Source: an uncultured Desulfobacter sp. (GTDB lineage: Bacteria; Desulfobacterota; Desulfobacteria; Desulfobacterales; Desulfobacteraceae). From it: a stretch of 64,000 bases of DNA. The stretch lies in assembly GCA_963665095.1 (NCBI GenBank), contig OY762069.1, positions 4,448,001 through 4,512,000 on the forward strand, read 5' to 3'. The notes beneath the pieces are model-generated. The model had not been told where the DNA came from. It did not search any database and saw nothing but the letters and a program-made list of their open reading frames with translations. The first letter of the stretch is position 1, and each line of letters begins with the position of its first letter. A program made the translations under genes and the position numbers. Positions 28,090-37,998 of the stretch are shown here, one piece after another.

Positions 28090-28860
28090 ATGAAAATCAT
28101 CGACCTGACAAAACCCATCACGCAGAATAAAAATGACCCGTTTTATATGAGAGTCAAAATCCGCCACAAGAGCCATTTTCTTGGGAAACTGCTCCTGCCG
28201 TTTATGGGCATGAATATCTTCAAACTTCCCAGGGGCTTTCGTGGCTGGGCAGATGATGCCATCTCCTTAGGGGTACATTCGGTCACACATATTGACGCGC
28301 CCTGGCATTACGCACCGGAAACGCTTTCCGGAGAAAAGTGCAAAAGTATTGAGGCGCTTCCCTTAGAGTGGTTCTACGGAGACGGTATCGTCATTGATAT
28401 GTCCCATAAAAAAGATATGGAACCTATTACGAAGAGTGATCTTGAAACCTATGTGGAGGACCACCAGTTACAGATCAAAGAGGGTACCATTGTCCTGATC
28501 AGAACCGGCAGGGACAAATATATCGGGACAAGGGAGTATCCCCAAATGGGAACAGGGGTCAGTGCAGAGGCCACCAGGTGGCTGGTTGACCAGGGCGTGC
28601 ATGTTACAGGCATTGACCAGTGGGGGTGGGACAGGCCCTTATTCAAATCGGGCCGCCTTTCCCGAAAAACAAAAAATCCGGATCTTTTCTGGGAAGGACA
28701 CCGGGTGGGAATTGAAACGCCATATTGCCATATCGAACAGATTGTGGGCCTGGATCAACTGCCAAAAGACGGGTTTAAGGTGATGGCCATGCCGTTGCCG
28801 TTAAAAGGCTGCTCAGCATCACCCATCCGGTTAATTGCCATGGTGGAGGATGAATCGTGA
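28090..28860 (+). CDS. Cyclase family metal-dependent hydrolase (kynurenine formamidase-like)
   Basis: HSVTHIDAPWH, IVLIRTG, GIDQWGWD, SASPIRLIA. Confidence 0.88.
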   Translation: MKIIDLTKPITQNKNDPFYMRVKIRHKSHFLGKLLLPFMGMNIFKLPRGFRGWADDAISLGVHSVTHIDAPWHYAPETLSGEKCKSIEALPLEWFYGDGIVIDMSHKKDMEPITKSDLETYVEDHQLQIKEGTIVLIRTGRDKYIGTREYPQMGTGVSAEATRWLVDQGVHVTGIDQWGWDRPLFKSGRLSRKTKNPDLFWEGHRVGIETPYCHIEQIVGLDQLPKDGFKVMAMPLPLKGCSASPIRLIAMVEDES

Positions 28861-29861
28861 AAATCAAAAAAATCATCATGGATGACCAGGGCACCCCATC
28901 ACTTGCGGTTCAGCGCGAAGAGGACTGGATTGTATTGAAACAGGCAGCCAAGGAGGCTGGGGATTTAAATCTGGCAGCAGTCAGCAATGACCTGATCTCT
29001 TTTTTGCAGTACCGGGACGCACACGGCATGGCGGTTGACACCGTCATTGCCAATGCCTCCAAAGACGCGGTTGCCACCACGGTCATGCCCGAGGTAATGA
29101 TTTTCCGGCCCATTCTGTATCGTGATTTCATGCTGTGTGAACGCCATGCGATCAACAGCGGCCGGGGAATGGTGAAAAAATGCCTGCCCGGGATTTTCCC
29201 GGTTATAAAAGCCTATGAATCCATTACCCGCTCAACCTTTCCCGCATTGAAACCTAAAAAAGCCTATTATAAAAACCCTGTCTATTATAAAGGAAACCAT
29301 CTCTCCTTTGTTGGCAGCGGCTCTGAGGTGATTTACCCGGACTACGCCACCCTGTGGGATTATGAACTGGAACTTGGCATGATCATCACAAAACAGATCC
29401 GTAATGCAGATGAAACGTCCGCCTTGCAGGCCATTGGTGCCTTTTGCGTTTTCAATGATTTCAGTGCCAGAAATGTTCAGATCCCGGAAATGCGCCAAAC
29501 AGGCTTTGGCCCCTGCAAGGCAAAGGATTTTGCCAGCGCTATATCCAATGTCGCAGTGACGGCCGACGAGGTGACGGCCGACCTGATCAAACTGGAAGCC
29601 AGGGTTATTATCAATGGGAACACGGTTGCCTCCGGCCGCCTGAACGAGTTTCTCTTCAGCCTGGGACAGGCTGTTTCCTACGCCTCAAAGGGGGAAACCA
29701 TCTATCCGGGCGAGTTCATGGGAAGCGGCACCATACCGGACTGCAGTGGCCTTGAGAACGGCAACCTGCTGGCAGACGGCGACACCATCCGGCTGGAAAT
29801 TGACCGCATTGGTTTTGTTGAAAACAGGGTTAAAACTGAATTAAAATCGGTACCCCAATGA
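28857..29861 (+). CDS. Fumarylacetoacetate hydrolase family protein
   Basis: DYELELG, FNDFSARNVQ, KAKDF, GSGT; GTGA overlap with the cyclase gene. Confidence 0.9.
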   Translation: MKIKKIIMDDQGTPSLAVQREEDWIVLKQAAKEAGDLNLAAVSNDLISFLQYRDAHGMAVDTVIANASKDAVATTVMPEVMIFRPILYRDFMLCERHAINSGRGMVKKCLPGIFPVIKAYESITRSTFPALKPKKAYYKNPVYYKGNHLSFVGSGSEVIYPDYATLWDYELELGMIITKQIRNADETSALQAIGAFCVFNDFSARNVQIPEMRQTGFGPCKAKDFASAISNVAVTADEVTADLIKLEARVIINGNTVASGRLNEFLFSLGQAVSYASKGETIYPGEFMGSGTIPDCSGLENGNLLADGDTIRLEIDRIGFVENRVKTELKSVPQ

Positions 29862-29953
29862 AACAGGGCTTTTTGTCCGCGTTAAACTTTTCTCTATGAC
29901 CAACTTGAAATACTTCCGGGCCTTTTTCCAAGCCTATCCAGAGTGGTTTGCCC

Positions 29954-29982
29954 CAACAGGTCACCCAGTGGGTGACCTGTTG
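29954..29982. other. Perfect palindrome/hairpin
   Basis: CAACAGGTCACCCA-G-TGGGTGACCTGTTG, no U tract. Confidence 0.45.
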
Positions 29983-30262
29983 TGAACCGGGCAACGGCTT
30001 TCACCCGGATTTAAGCTGGTCCCTCTACCGGACTGCAGCGGCCTGGAAAAAGGCTGCCTGCTGCCAGACGGAGAGAAACGCCCTTTGTTGTTAACAAGAA
30101 TGCTTTGGGTTTATTTTTCCCCAAATAAAAAGTTTGTAACCAAATCCCATCTATTTCGTTTATCAGATCAAAGGCCTTTTTAAAACTGGTAACACGCTGA
30201 TATGGCATAGTATTTGATCAAGTGTTCATCAAGCAGAATATTTAACTAAAGACGGGGGTATC

Positions 30263-30967
30263 ATGAAAAAATTAATCATTGTTATTTTAATTACCTTCTG
30301 TGCAACTTACGCTTTTGCAAACGGAAATGGAAAAGGAGGGTCTGAAAGATCAAACAACAGCCATGGCAATAACGGAAACATCTCTGCCTGTCTGGAATCA
30401 CTTCCATATTCTGAATTGGATGCGGATGAAATTGAATCAATACGGTATATGATCGAAGAAGAAAAATTAGCCAGAGATGTATACCTGAACCTCTATGAAC
30501 ATTGGGGAATACGGGTGTTCAGAAATATATCAAAATCGGAACAGAACCACATGGATGCGTTAGCATTTCTCATTGACAGGTATGGTTTGGAGGATCCAAC
30601 GCAAAACAATGATAGTGGTGTTTTTTCTGATTCTGGCCTGCAAAATCTTTATAACACGCTTGTTGAGCAGGGATCCGTCAGTATGATTGATGCGTTAAAG
30701 GTTGGCGCATCCATTGAAGATTTAGATATCTATGATCTGCAGCAGGAACTGCTTGTAACAGACAATGAAGATGTGAAAACAGTCTTTCAAAATTTACTGA
30801 AGGGATCGAGGAACCATTTAAGGTCATTCACCCTGCTTCTGGAAAGAAACGGGGAATCCTATGCTGCCCAGTATTTAACCCAGGAAGAGGTGGATCAGAT
30901 CATCGCTTCTGAAAAAGAAAGAGGGTTTGTTAATGCAGATGGAGAATATGTAGGAAATTGTAATTAG
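30263..30967 (+). CDS. Secreted ferritin-like DUF2202 protein
   Basis: Signal peptide; EEEKLARDVY, SEQNHMDA, IEDLDIYDL, GSRNHLRSF. Confidence 0.85.
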   Translation: MKKLIIVILITFCATYAFANGNGKGGSERSNNSHGNNGNISACLESLPYSELDADEIESIRYMIEEEKLARDVYLNLYEHWGIRVFRNISKSEQNHMDALAFLIDRYGLEDPTQNNDSGVFSDSGLQNLYNTLVEQGSVSMIDALKVGASIEDLDIYDLQQELLVTDNEDVKTVFQNLLKGSRNHLRSFTLLLERNGESYAAQYLTQEEVDQIIASEKERGFVNADGEYVGNCN

Positions 30968-30997
30968 TGTTTGAACGGGGGGTTCGTTCAGGCACCA
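30965..30997 (+). repeat. Minimal ends-only copy of the TAGTG repeat family
   Basis: TAGTGTTTGAACG-GGGGGTT-CGTTCAGGCACCA; both ends match the 42274 element; the TAG is the stop codon of the DUF2202 gene. Confidence 0.65.
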
Positions 30998-31050
30998 ATT
31001 TATTGAGTACGAAATGCTTACGCCGGTCTCTTTGGGAAACCCTCATCCGG

Positions 31051-32640
31051 TCAGGATGACGGTGGCCGGATGCCCTGGAGGGCATACACCTGGACGGGCG
31101 CATCTTTACCCTGGACCCGGGTTTCAGGCATGGCCCTGAAATCATACCGCTCTTTCAGCGCATCATACATGGAGTGACTGACCAGGATATCTGTTTTAAA
31201 TATCTTGGTCAGGTCCTGAATCCTTGAAGCCATGTTCACGGTATCCCCTATAAGAGAGTAGGCTGAGCGCTCTGCATTGCCCACTCTGGCAGCAAACACA
31301 GGGCCGGTATTGATGCCGATACCGTGGGTAATGGTTGGCAGGCCTTTTTCCTGAAACGTATCATTAAGCCGTAAAATGCGTTTACGTAAGTTAAGGGCGG
31401 CATTCACTGCATCCGCTTCATGGCCTTTCCTTGCCACGGGTGCCCCGAACACCGCCTCCGCCTCATCCCCTATGAACTGCAGAATCAGTCCCCCGTGGGT
31501 CTCTATTGCCTGGGAGACCTCATCAAAATAAGCGTTGAGCATATAGATCAAATCTTTGGCAGGGGTCACAGCCACCAGGGGGGTAAAATTCCTTAAATCC
31601 GCAAACAGAATGGAGGCCTCTTTTCTGTCCCCGTCCAGGGAGACCCGGCCGGAAAGAATCTCATCCCTGATCTGCGGGGCCACGTATTGGCCAAAGGTGT
31701 CTTTTATTTTTTCACGCTCCATCAGCCCCTGGTTCATGGCATTGAGGGTCTCTCCGGCAAACCCGATTTCATCATTGGTAAATACCCGGACCTTCCGGGA
31801 AAAGTCTCCTTTTTTGACACACTCCATGACCCGGATGATCTCTTTTACCGGGCGTCGCAGGTGGTGAATTACCAGCAGGGAGAGCCCAATGGAAAAGGCC
31901 ATAAAAATGGCACTTTCCACCATTATGGTATGCTCCAGGCCATGAAGAATATCTGCCACAGACACCTCACTGGTCATCTGCATATGGTGGTATCTCTGAA
32001 TGGTCAGATGAATAAAAGACAGCGGCACAAGGGATACAGCACAAAACAAGGCAAAAAACCGGACGCCAAGGCTGATGGATTTTACCCCGGATACCCCGGA
32101 CAGATTCCCTTCAGGAAAAAACAGAGGGATACGAAAAAACTGGGACGTATGCTCCACCCAGAAGAAGGCCAGGCTCACGGTAATCAGTCCGCTGCCAAGC
32201 CCCACCCGGATGCCCCCGGGAAATCCGACTGCCCGGAACAAAAGCGCCCCTATCGCCCAGACCGCGCCGTCCAGAATGACAATGAAAAACGGAGCATTAA
32301 GTACCCTGCGCCGGGCCGCGTCCAAAAGATCCGGTGCCGGCGTTACCCCCTTATAAAACATGGACAGGCAGCGGCGAACAGGTTTTTCGTACCACAGAAT
32401 CAGGGTGGAGAGGAGAACCGTACAGAATATGCCGTAAAAAATATCCAGGTAATATACCATCCCGATAAGGCTGGCAGACACCCCCTCTGCCCGGTTAAGA
32501 AAAAACACATTGGTCATCCAGTCCCCCAGAATCAGGGCCAGGGCATTGCCTATGAGGACCTCGGCAAACAGATAATATTTAAACCATCTGTTTTTTATCA
32601 GCCTGGCCGGGTCCATCTGCCATCCGGGTTGATCTGTCAT
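31051..32640 (-). CDS. Membrane-bound class III adenylate/guanylate cyclase with HAMP domain
   Basis: About six TM helices, DEIG HAMP, ILFADLRNFT, QFIGD, GIGINTG, IGDTVNMASRIQ. Confidence 0.93.
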   Translation of the reverse strand: MTDQPGWQMDPARLIKNRWFKYYLFAEVLIGNALALILGDWMTNVFFLNRAEGVSASLIGMVYYLDIFYGIFCTVLLSTLILWYEKPVRRCLSMFYKGVTPAPDLLDAARRRVLNAPFFIVILDGAVWAIGALLFRAVGFPGGIRVGLGSGLITVSLAFFWVEHTSQFFRIPLFFPEGNLSGVSGVKSISLGVRFFALFCAVSLVPLSFIHLTIQRYHHMQMTSEVSVADILHGLEHTIMVESAIFMAFSIGLSLLVIHHLRRPVKEIIRVMECVKKGDFSRKVRVFTNDEIGFAGETLNAMNQGLMEREKIKDTFGQYVAPQIRDEILSGRVSLDGDRKEASILFADLRNFTPLVAVTPAKDLIYMLNAYFDEVSQAIETHGGLILQFIGDEAEAVFGAPVARKGHEADAVNAALNLRKRILRLNDTFQEKGLPTITHGIGINTGPVFAARVGNAERSAYSLIGDTVNMASRIQDLTKIFKTDILVSHSMYDALKERYDFRAMPETRVQGKDAPVQVYALQGIRPPSS

Positions 32641-32664
32641 GATTGGCCTGCTTTCATTGTACGG

Positions 32665-33210
32665 CTACCGTCTTCCCACCCGTAAAAATCCAAAGGCTGC
32701 GCCAAAGCATCCGCCGGCAAGATGGCTGAACTGGGAGATCTGGTCTGCCCTGAGAATGGCCGTAATCTCGGACCCAATGTAAAGAACCGCAACCAGAATA
32801 AAGGTTAATGGAATTTCTCTGGCCTTAAAGTTGGCAAAGGAGCTCAGAAGAATCATCATAAAACCAAGGCCGCTGGCCCCGATCAAAGAGGTGTGAAAAA
32901 ACGCGGCATTGACCAGGGCTGTAGAGACCGCAGTCACCGCCATCATTTCAAACAACAGCCAGGATCCGTACTTCTCCTCCAGCAGCGGCCCCACAAGCAG
33001 GATAATCATAAAGTTGCCCATGAAATGGGACCAGCCCGCATGCCTGAAAACATGGGTAAAAAGCCTTAGGTAAAACTCTGGTTTTGAAAAGGCCAGCCCG
33101 GAGGGAGAGGCCATATTGAACCCCATGCTTTCTGCAACAGGCAGGGCAAGGCAGACCAGGGATAAAAAAGCAAAGGTGAGCACAACAGGGGAATTATATC
33201 TGATTCTCAT
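32665..33210 (-). CDS. Rhomboid family intramembrane serine protease
   Basis: HAGWSHFMGN, GASG, SHLAGG. Confidence 0.9.
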   Translation of the reverse strand: MRIRYNSPVVLTFAFLSLVCLALPVAESMGFNMASPSGLAFSKPEFYLRLFTHVFRHAGWSHFMGNFMIILLVGPLLEEKYGSWLLFEMMAVTAVSTALVNAAFFHTSLIGASGLGFMMILLSSFANFKAREIPLTFILVAVLYIGSEITAILRADQISQFSHLAGGCFGAAFGFLRVGRR

Positions 33211-33219
33211 TATCCGTGC

Positions 33220-33627
33220 CTAAAACTCCTTGTAAATCCTTGCCAGAGGATGTCCCTGGGCCTCAATGACAAGATCATTATAGTATCCATACGCGGTTTG
33301 CGATGCATCATAGCCTGCGTTGAGAAGCCGCTCTCCAACCCTGTCTAAAAGTGCTTTTGCCTGATCAGGGTCTGCTTTTTCTTCTCCAAGATGTGTAAAT
33401 GAATGCAGCAGTATTTTAACAACATCCCACTTCCTTGCAAGCCATTTGGCATTTTTAACCAGTTTCGTCTCCGAGGAACTGGTGTCGCCCACATCTTTGG
33501 GTTCAACATGAACAAACGCGACAACCACTTTTTCCCTGGTGTCCGGTCCGGATTCAGGGACATGTTCCAGTGTTTTCATGGTTGGCGTCCAGGCAAATTT
33601 ATCACAATACCAGAATAGCACCCTCAT
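33220..33627 (-). CDS. Stand-alone archaeal-type threonyl-tRNA synthetase editing domain protein
   Basis: VVAFVHVEPKD, LHSFTHL, AYGYY...AQGHPLARIYKEF; RBS GAGGGAG before MRVLFW. Confidence 0.75.
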   Translation of the reverse strand: MRVLFWYCDKFAWTPTMKTLEHVPESGPDTREKVVVAFVHVEPKDVGDTSSSETKLVKNAKWLARKWDVVKILLHSFTHLGEEKADPDQAKALLDRVGERLLNAGYDASQTAYGYYNDLVIEAQGHPLARIYKEF

Positions 33628-33782
33628 TATTTGCTCCCTCATTTTTAAATAGACTGCCGACCGGAAAACCAATGGGTCCTCCATCAGCCGGCTATTGACG
33701 ATTCACACAGGACTTTACCACTGACGCCTTAATCTTTCCAGCCTGGAAACCCTGAAAGATAAGCACCCGGCCGTTCTGATAA

Positions 33783-33820
33783 TAGTGGCGGAACGAAAAC
33801 CACGAGCCATCCAAACACTA
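33783..33820 (-). repeat. Minimal ends-only copy of the TAGTG repeat family
   Basis: Reverse complement TAGTGTTTGGATGGCTCGTGGTTTTCGTTCCGCCACTA. Confidence 0.6.
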
Positions 33821-33908
33821 TAATATTTCCCCTTGACAGAAAATAAAGCCATATCTTACTTACCAGATATCAATTCAATGTTACGCCCAAAACAGCAATG
33901 AGGAATAT

Positions 33909-35306
33909 ATGAGACGTTTAACCCTGACAGCAGTCGTTATTTTGATTCTCCATTCTCTGACAACCAATGTTGAGGCGAATTTTGAAAAAATTAAAATTGC
34001 CGTACTCGACTTTAAAACCCAGGGCAACGACTTTGGGACCAAAGATATTGGTAAAATCGTGGCGGAATGGCTCATTACCGCCTTTGTCAATGAAGGTCGT
34101 TTTGAAGTCATCGAACGAAGACTTCTGGAGCAGATTCTTGAAGAACAGCAGATGAGTCAATCCGGGCTTGTTGATCAGGATACCGCCTCAGCAATCGGCA
34201 AACTGCTTGGTGTCAAGGTCATTATATCCGGCTCTGTTTCCAAACTTCAAAATTTCATGGAAGTCAATGCCAGGATTGTGGACGTAGAAACCGGATCCAT
34301 AATCACCGCTGAAAGTGTCTCCAGCCATCAGGTTGATGCGCTTGGCACACTGGTTCGGGACATGGCCAAAAAAATAATCAGGAACTTCCCGCTGGAGGGA
34401 TACATTGCCCACCGGGAAGATTCTGCGGTTGTCATTGACCTGGGCCGTAAAAGCGGGGTGAAGGAAGGAATGATTTTTGAGGTGTATAAAGAGGGGGAAA
34501 TTGTCAAGCACCCCAAAACCGGAGAAATCCTCTATGTCAAAAAAATTGACAGCGGCACGGTCAAAATCACCTCCGTGCAGGATAAAATAGCAAAGGGGAT
34601 AATTCTGGAAGAAATTGAGGAAACCGGCATACAATACGGAGATCAGATCAAGTCACAAACCAGTACGACCCTGCCTTCACCGCAGTCCCAAGCCACAGTG
34701 ACCGGCAGCAACAATTCCTCTGAAACAATCAGCAGTACAACCGGCCATCAGGGCCGTCTGTTTGTAACGACAACACCGTCCAGTGCCGTGGTAAGGATTC
34801 TCAACATCAAGCCCAAATATAACCCGGGGATGTCTCTGGAGGTTCAACCGTATCATATTGAGGTATCCTGTCCGGGCTTCAACACCCATACCCAGTGGTA
34901 CTCTTTGAAAGCAGGGGATAATGCACTGAATGTGGATCTGACCAGAACCAATATGGAAGCAAAAAACACCGCCCCTGATTCCTCCCCGGCGGTTAAATCC
35001 AAGCACAAAGAGTATTACACCATGCTTCTCTCAAAAGATTCAAGCCAGGTGCGGTACGGAGCTAAATATCTCTACAGAAAATTTAAAAGAGATCGGGAAG
35101 TCATTAATATGGCTCACTATGTCCTGGAAAAAAGATACATGGAAAACCCAAACGACAGGGCGTTTGTTGATGGTATGGCTTGGCTGTGCAACATTCTGGG
35201 TGCAAGCGGACAGTCCAGCCACAGGGCTTTGCTCTCCAAAGTTTCCCAGACTTCCTCCAATAAAAAACTGTGCGGTTATGCTGAAAAGAATTTGAAAAAA
35301 CTGTAA
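33909..35306 (+). CDS. Secreted protein with CsgG/FlgO-like, FlgT C-terminal-like and PEGA-like domains
   Basis: Signal peptide, IAVLDF...FEVIERRLLEQILEEQ...GKLLGV, IDLGRKSGVKEG, LFVTTTPSSAVV. Confidence 0.72.
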   Translation: MRRLTLTAVVILILHSLTTNVEANFEKIKIAVLDFKTQGNDFGTKDIGKIVAEWLITAFVNEGRFEVIERRLLEQILEEQQMSQSGLVDQDTASAIGKLLGVKVIISGSVSKLQNFMEVNARIVDVETGSIITAESVSSHQVDALGTLVRDMAKKIIRNFPLEGYIAHREDSAVVIDLGRKSGVKEGMIFEVYKEGEIVKHPKTGEILYVKKIDSGTVKITSVQDKIAKGIILEEIEETGIQYGDQIKSQTSTTLPSPQSQATVTGSNNSSETISSTTGHQGRLFVTTTPSSAVVRILNIKPKYNPGMSLEVQPYHIEVSCPGFNTHTQWYSLKAGDNALNVDLTRTNMEAKNTAPDSSPAVKSKHKEYYTMLLSKDSSQVRYGAKYLYRKFKRDREVINMAHYVLEKRYMENPNDRAFVDGMAWLCNILGASGQSSHRALLSKVSQTSSNKKLCGYAEKNLKKL

Positions 35307-35386
35307 GTTGACGATGTGAGCATCTGCAGGGCACAGTGAAATCCAGGTGTCCTTTCAGCCAAATAACTCTCTGTCTGTCAAAACGA

Positions 35387-36157
35387 TTAAATCGTATCTG
35401 CCAAATGAATGACAACAATCCCGCCCCGGTCATATCCAAAAGGCCTGAACACCCCGGCATACCTGGAAGATATCCCTTTATAAAAGGTGGAAAACGGAAT
35501 GTGGTAGGGCCGTGTCTGGTCTGGGTCCACGTCCAGGATAGTGACCGTTCCGGTGGCCGGGTCAAAGTCTCCCACCGGCGAAATATGGGGGATGTTCAAC
35601 TCCCGGATAAAGCAGCCCTGATCAAAATGGGCAATGATCAGGCAGTTGCCTTTGGATTGAAAGGCGTTGAGGCACTGATAGATCGTGTTTCTTGCCGGAG
35701 CGCTCTTTTGTTTTTCAGCACCCTGGACCATCTCAACCCTGTGGAAGGGAATATGGTAAGCAGCAAGGCTGTCCCGGACCACATCGGTAAGGACCGCTAT
35801 GGGAAGCCCCCGCCGTCCGTTATAGCCATCCGGGCCCATGCGCTCTTTCCAGTGGGCAGTTCGCACGGTATCCAGAATGGACGCCTGGGTGACCTGTGGA
35901 CCGGAAATGCCATATTTCTCCCTGAGCGTATTGACCACGCAGACCACTGTCGCAACAGAACAGGATGATTCGTGATATTGTTTTACATGATGGCGTAACA
36001 GTCCGGCCTGAAGACTACGTCCCTTGGAAAAACCGGGAGAAGGAGCAAAAGGCCGGCCCTGGCCGGCACCAAAACACCCGGTACGTGTCAGCCAGTGAAA
36101 AAAATACCTCAGGGTCAAATAGCCCCGCACAATATAAAATCTGAACTGATTCATCAT
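35387..36157 (-). CDS. Phytochelatin synthase family protein (papain-like domain)
   Basis: QYHESSCSVAT (Cys), HISPVG (His), ILDVD (Asp), RGGIV. Confidence 0.82.
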   Translation of the reverse strand: MMNQFRFYIVRGYLTLRYFFHWLTRTGCFGAGQGRPFAPSPGFSKGRSLQAGLLRHHVKQYHESSCSVATVVCVVNTLREKYGISGPQVTQASILDTVRTAHWKERMGPDGYNGRRGLPIAVLTDVVRDSLAAYHIPFHRVEMVQGAEKQKSAPARNTIYQCLNAFQSKGNCLIIAHFDQGCFIRELNIPHISPVGDFDPATGTVTILDVDPDQTRPYHIPFSTFYKGISSRYAGVFRPFGYDRGGIVVIHLADTI

Positions 36158-36201
36158 GCCTGTGTTAAAAAAGCCACCCCTTTATCCGTATAAGCAGATT
36201 G

Positions 36202-36666
36202 CTATTTTTCAGGAATATCAAACTGTCTGCCGCCAAGTTCAAGACAAAGTGCCTGGTCTGTATCTTTGAGAACCGGTGTCATCTGGGCCAGTGCTTTGGG
36301 CGTGAATTTGATCAGGTGGGCCTGGCCTTGCATAAAAAGCGCGTCATCTTTTATGTACAGGGCCTCGGGAGCAAGACGGGTGACGTCCTGTGTATTCAGG
36401 GTCAATTCAATGGCATCACTGCCGATAGAAACACCCACGGCAAAGACAGCAGTCTCTTTATAGGGGAAATAAACCTTTTCTTCGCCACCGTTGATGGTCT
36501 GGCTTAAAAAATATCCCTGATCGTCCTTTTGGATGGACTGGTTGAAATATTTTATAATTTTGGGATGTTCCAGCTTTCCATGCTCATTGTGCCAGACCCC
36601 GTGGGCATCCATCCAGAAAACAGCCTGCTCTTTGGGGATGACGGTCTGTTTCTTTTCCTGGGTCAT
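36202..36666 (-). CDS. Conserved hypothetical protein (DUF1285-like)
   Basis: FWMDAHGVWHNEHG...EKVYFPYKETAVF; RBS AGAAGGA before MTQEKK. Confidence 0.55.
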   Translation of the reverse strand: MTQEKKQTVIPKEQAVFWMDAHGVWHNEHGKLEHPKIIKYFNQSIQKDDQGYFLSQTINGGEEKVYFPYKETAVFAVGVSIGSDAIELTLNTQDVTRLAPEALYIKDDALFMQGQAHLIKFTPKALAQMTPVLKDTDQALCLELGGRQFDIPEK

Positions 36667-36789
36667 ACGGTTTTCCTTCTCTTGGAATTCAAGATTTCCT
36701 TGTATCGCAAATCCCCAGTGGACACAAGAAGTAAATATGGAAACCCATACGGCCCCATTGGGTCGGACAGACATTGATATATTTAACGT

Positions 36790-37983
36790 TTAAATGACGC
36801 CTGATTTCCGCAACGCTTTGATCTCTTCTTTACTGAAAGAGAGCAGTTCTGAAAGCAGGGCATCGGTATCCGCACCCAGAACCGGCCCGGCTTTATCAAC
36901 AAGGGAAGGCGTCCGGGAGAGCTTGATAGGGCAGTTCACGATGCGGTGTGGCCCGGCTTCGGGGTGCGTCACCTCTACGATCATATCCCGTTCCTTTACC
37001 TGGGGATCTGCCACAAGATCGGCCATATTATTCACCGGACCAAACATCACCTTTGTCCCTTTAAATGCATCGGCCCACTCCTGATAGGTCCGGGATCGCA
37101 TCAGAGATGTCATGGCCTCGTTAAACTCATCAAAGTGCTTAACACGTCCCAAAGGGGACCCGTAGATTTCATGTTCAATCCATGCTTCTTTTCCAGCCGC
37201 CTTGCAGAAACTGGCCCACAGGTCCACGGAATAGGCAATAAGAACCATGGGTTTATCTTTGGTTTCATACACCTGGAAAGGGGCGGCAAGGGGGTGCCGG
37301 GATCCGATGGGCTTAGGTATTTCACCGGTGGCCATGTACCGGACCATGGCGTTTTCAGCCAGGGCCACCTGGCTGTCCATCATGGAGACATCAACCCATT
37401 GGCCTTTCCCGCTGACCTGACGTTCCAAAAGAGCCGCCTGGATGCCGATTACGCAAAACAGGGCTGCTGCCAGATCCCCGATGGAGTAGCCGACTCTGAC
37501 GGCAGAATCGCCGGCATTTCCGCTGCCTGTCAGGCTGATGACACCGCCCATCCCCTGGGCCAGCATGTCATAGGCCGGCTGTTCAGCATAGGGGCCGGTC
37601 TGCCCGAAACCAGACACTGATGCGTAAACAAGTCCGGAATTGATCCGGTTCACTGCCTCATAGTCCAGTCCAAGCCGCTTCATCACACCCGGACGGAAAT
37701 TTTCCACCAGAATATCCGACTGCTTAATCAGTTCAATGGCGATCTGTCGCCCTTTTTCTTGTTTGAGATCCAGGGTCAGGCTTTTTTTTCCTCTGTTAAC
37801 ACTTAAAAAATAGCTGCTGACACCATTTATTTTAGGAATGCTGTTACGGGTCTGGTCCCCTGAACCGGGGGTTTCCACCTTAATAACATCCGCGCCTAAA
37901 TCTGCCAGGGTCATGGTGGCATAAGGCCCGGCCAGGGCTCTGCAGAAACTCAGCACTTTCAATCCGCTCAACGGTCCGCTCAT
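36790..37983 (-). CDS. Class III (CaiB/BaiF) CoA-transferase
   Basis: LAGPYATMTLADLGADVIKVE, NRGKKS, ENFRPG, SGFGQTGP, catalytic Asp in SIGDL. Confidence 0.95.
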   Translation of the reverse strand: MSGPLSGLKVLSFCRALAGPYATMTLADLGADVIKVETPGSGDQTRNSIPKINGVSSYFLSVNRGKKSLTLDLKQEKGRQIAIELIKQSDILVENFRPGVMKRLGLDYEAVNRINSGLVYASVSGFGQTGPYAEQPAYDMLAQGMGGVISLTGSGNAGDSAVRVGYSIGDLAAALFCVIGIQAALLERQVSGKGQWVDVSMMDSQVALAENAMVRYMATGEIPKPIGSRHPLAAPFQVYETKDKPMVLIAYSVDLWASFCKAAGKEAWIEHEIYGSPLGRVKHFDEFNEAMTSLMRSRTYQEWADAFKGTKVMFGPVNNMADLVADPQVKERDMIVEVTHPEAGPHRIVNCPIKLSRTPSLVDKAGPVLGADTDALLSELLSFSKEEIKALRKSGVI

Positions 37984-37998
37984 GGTTTTGATATATCC

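Noticed and set aside
31687..32685. 332-aa + strand ORF
   Set aside because: Antisense shadow of the adenylate cyclase gene, with no recognisable motifs
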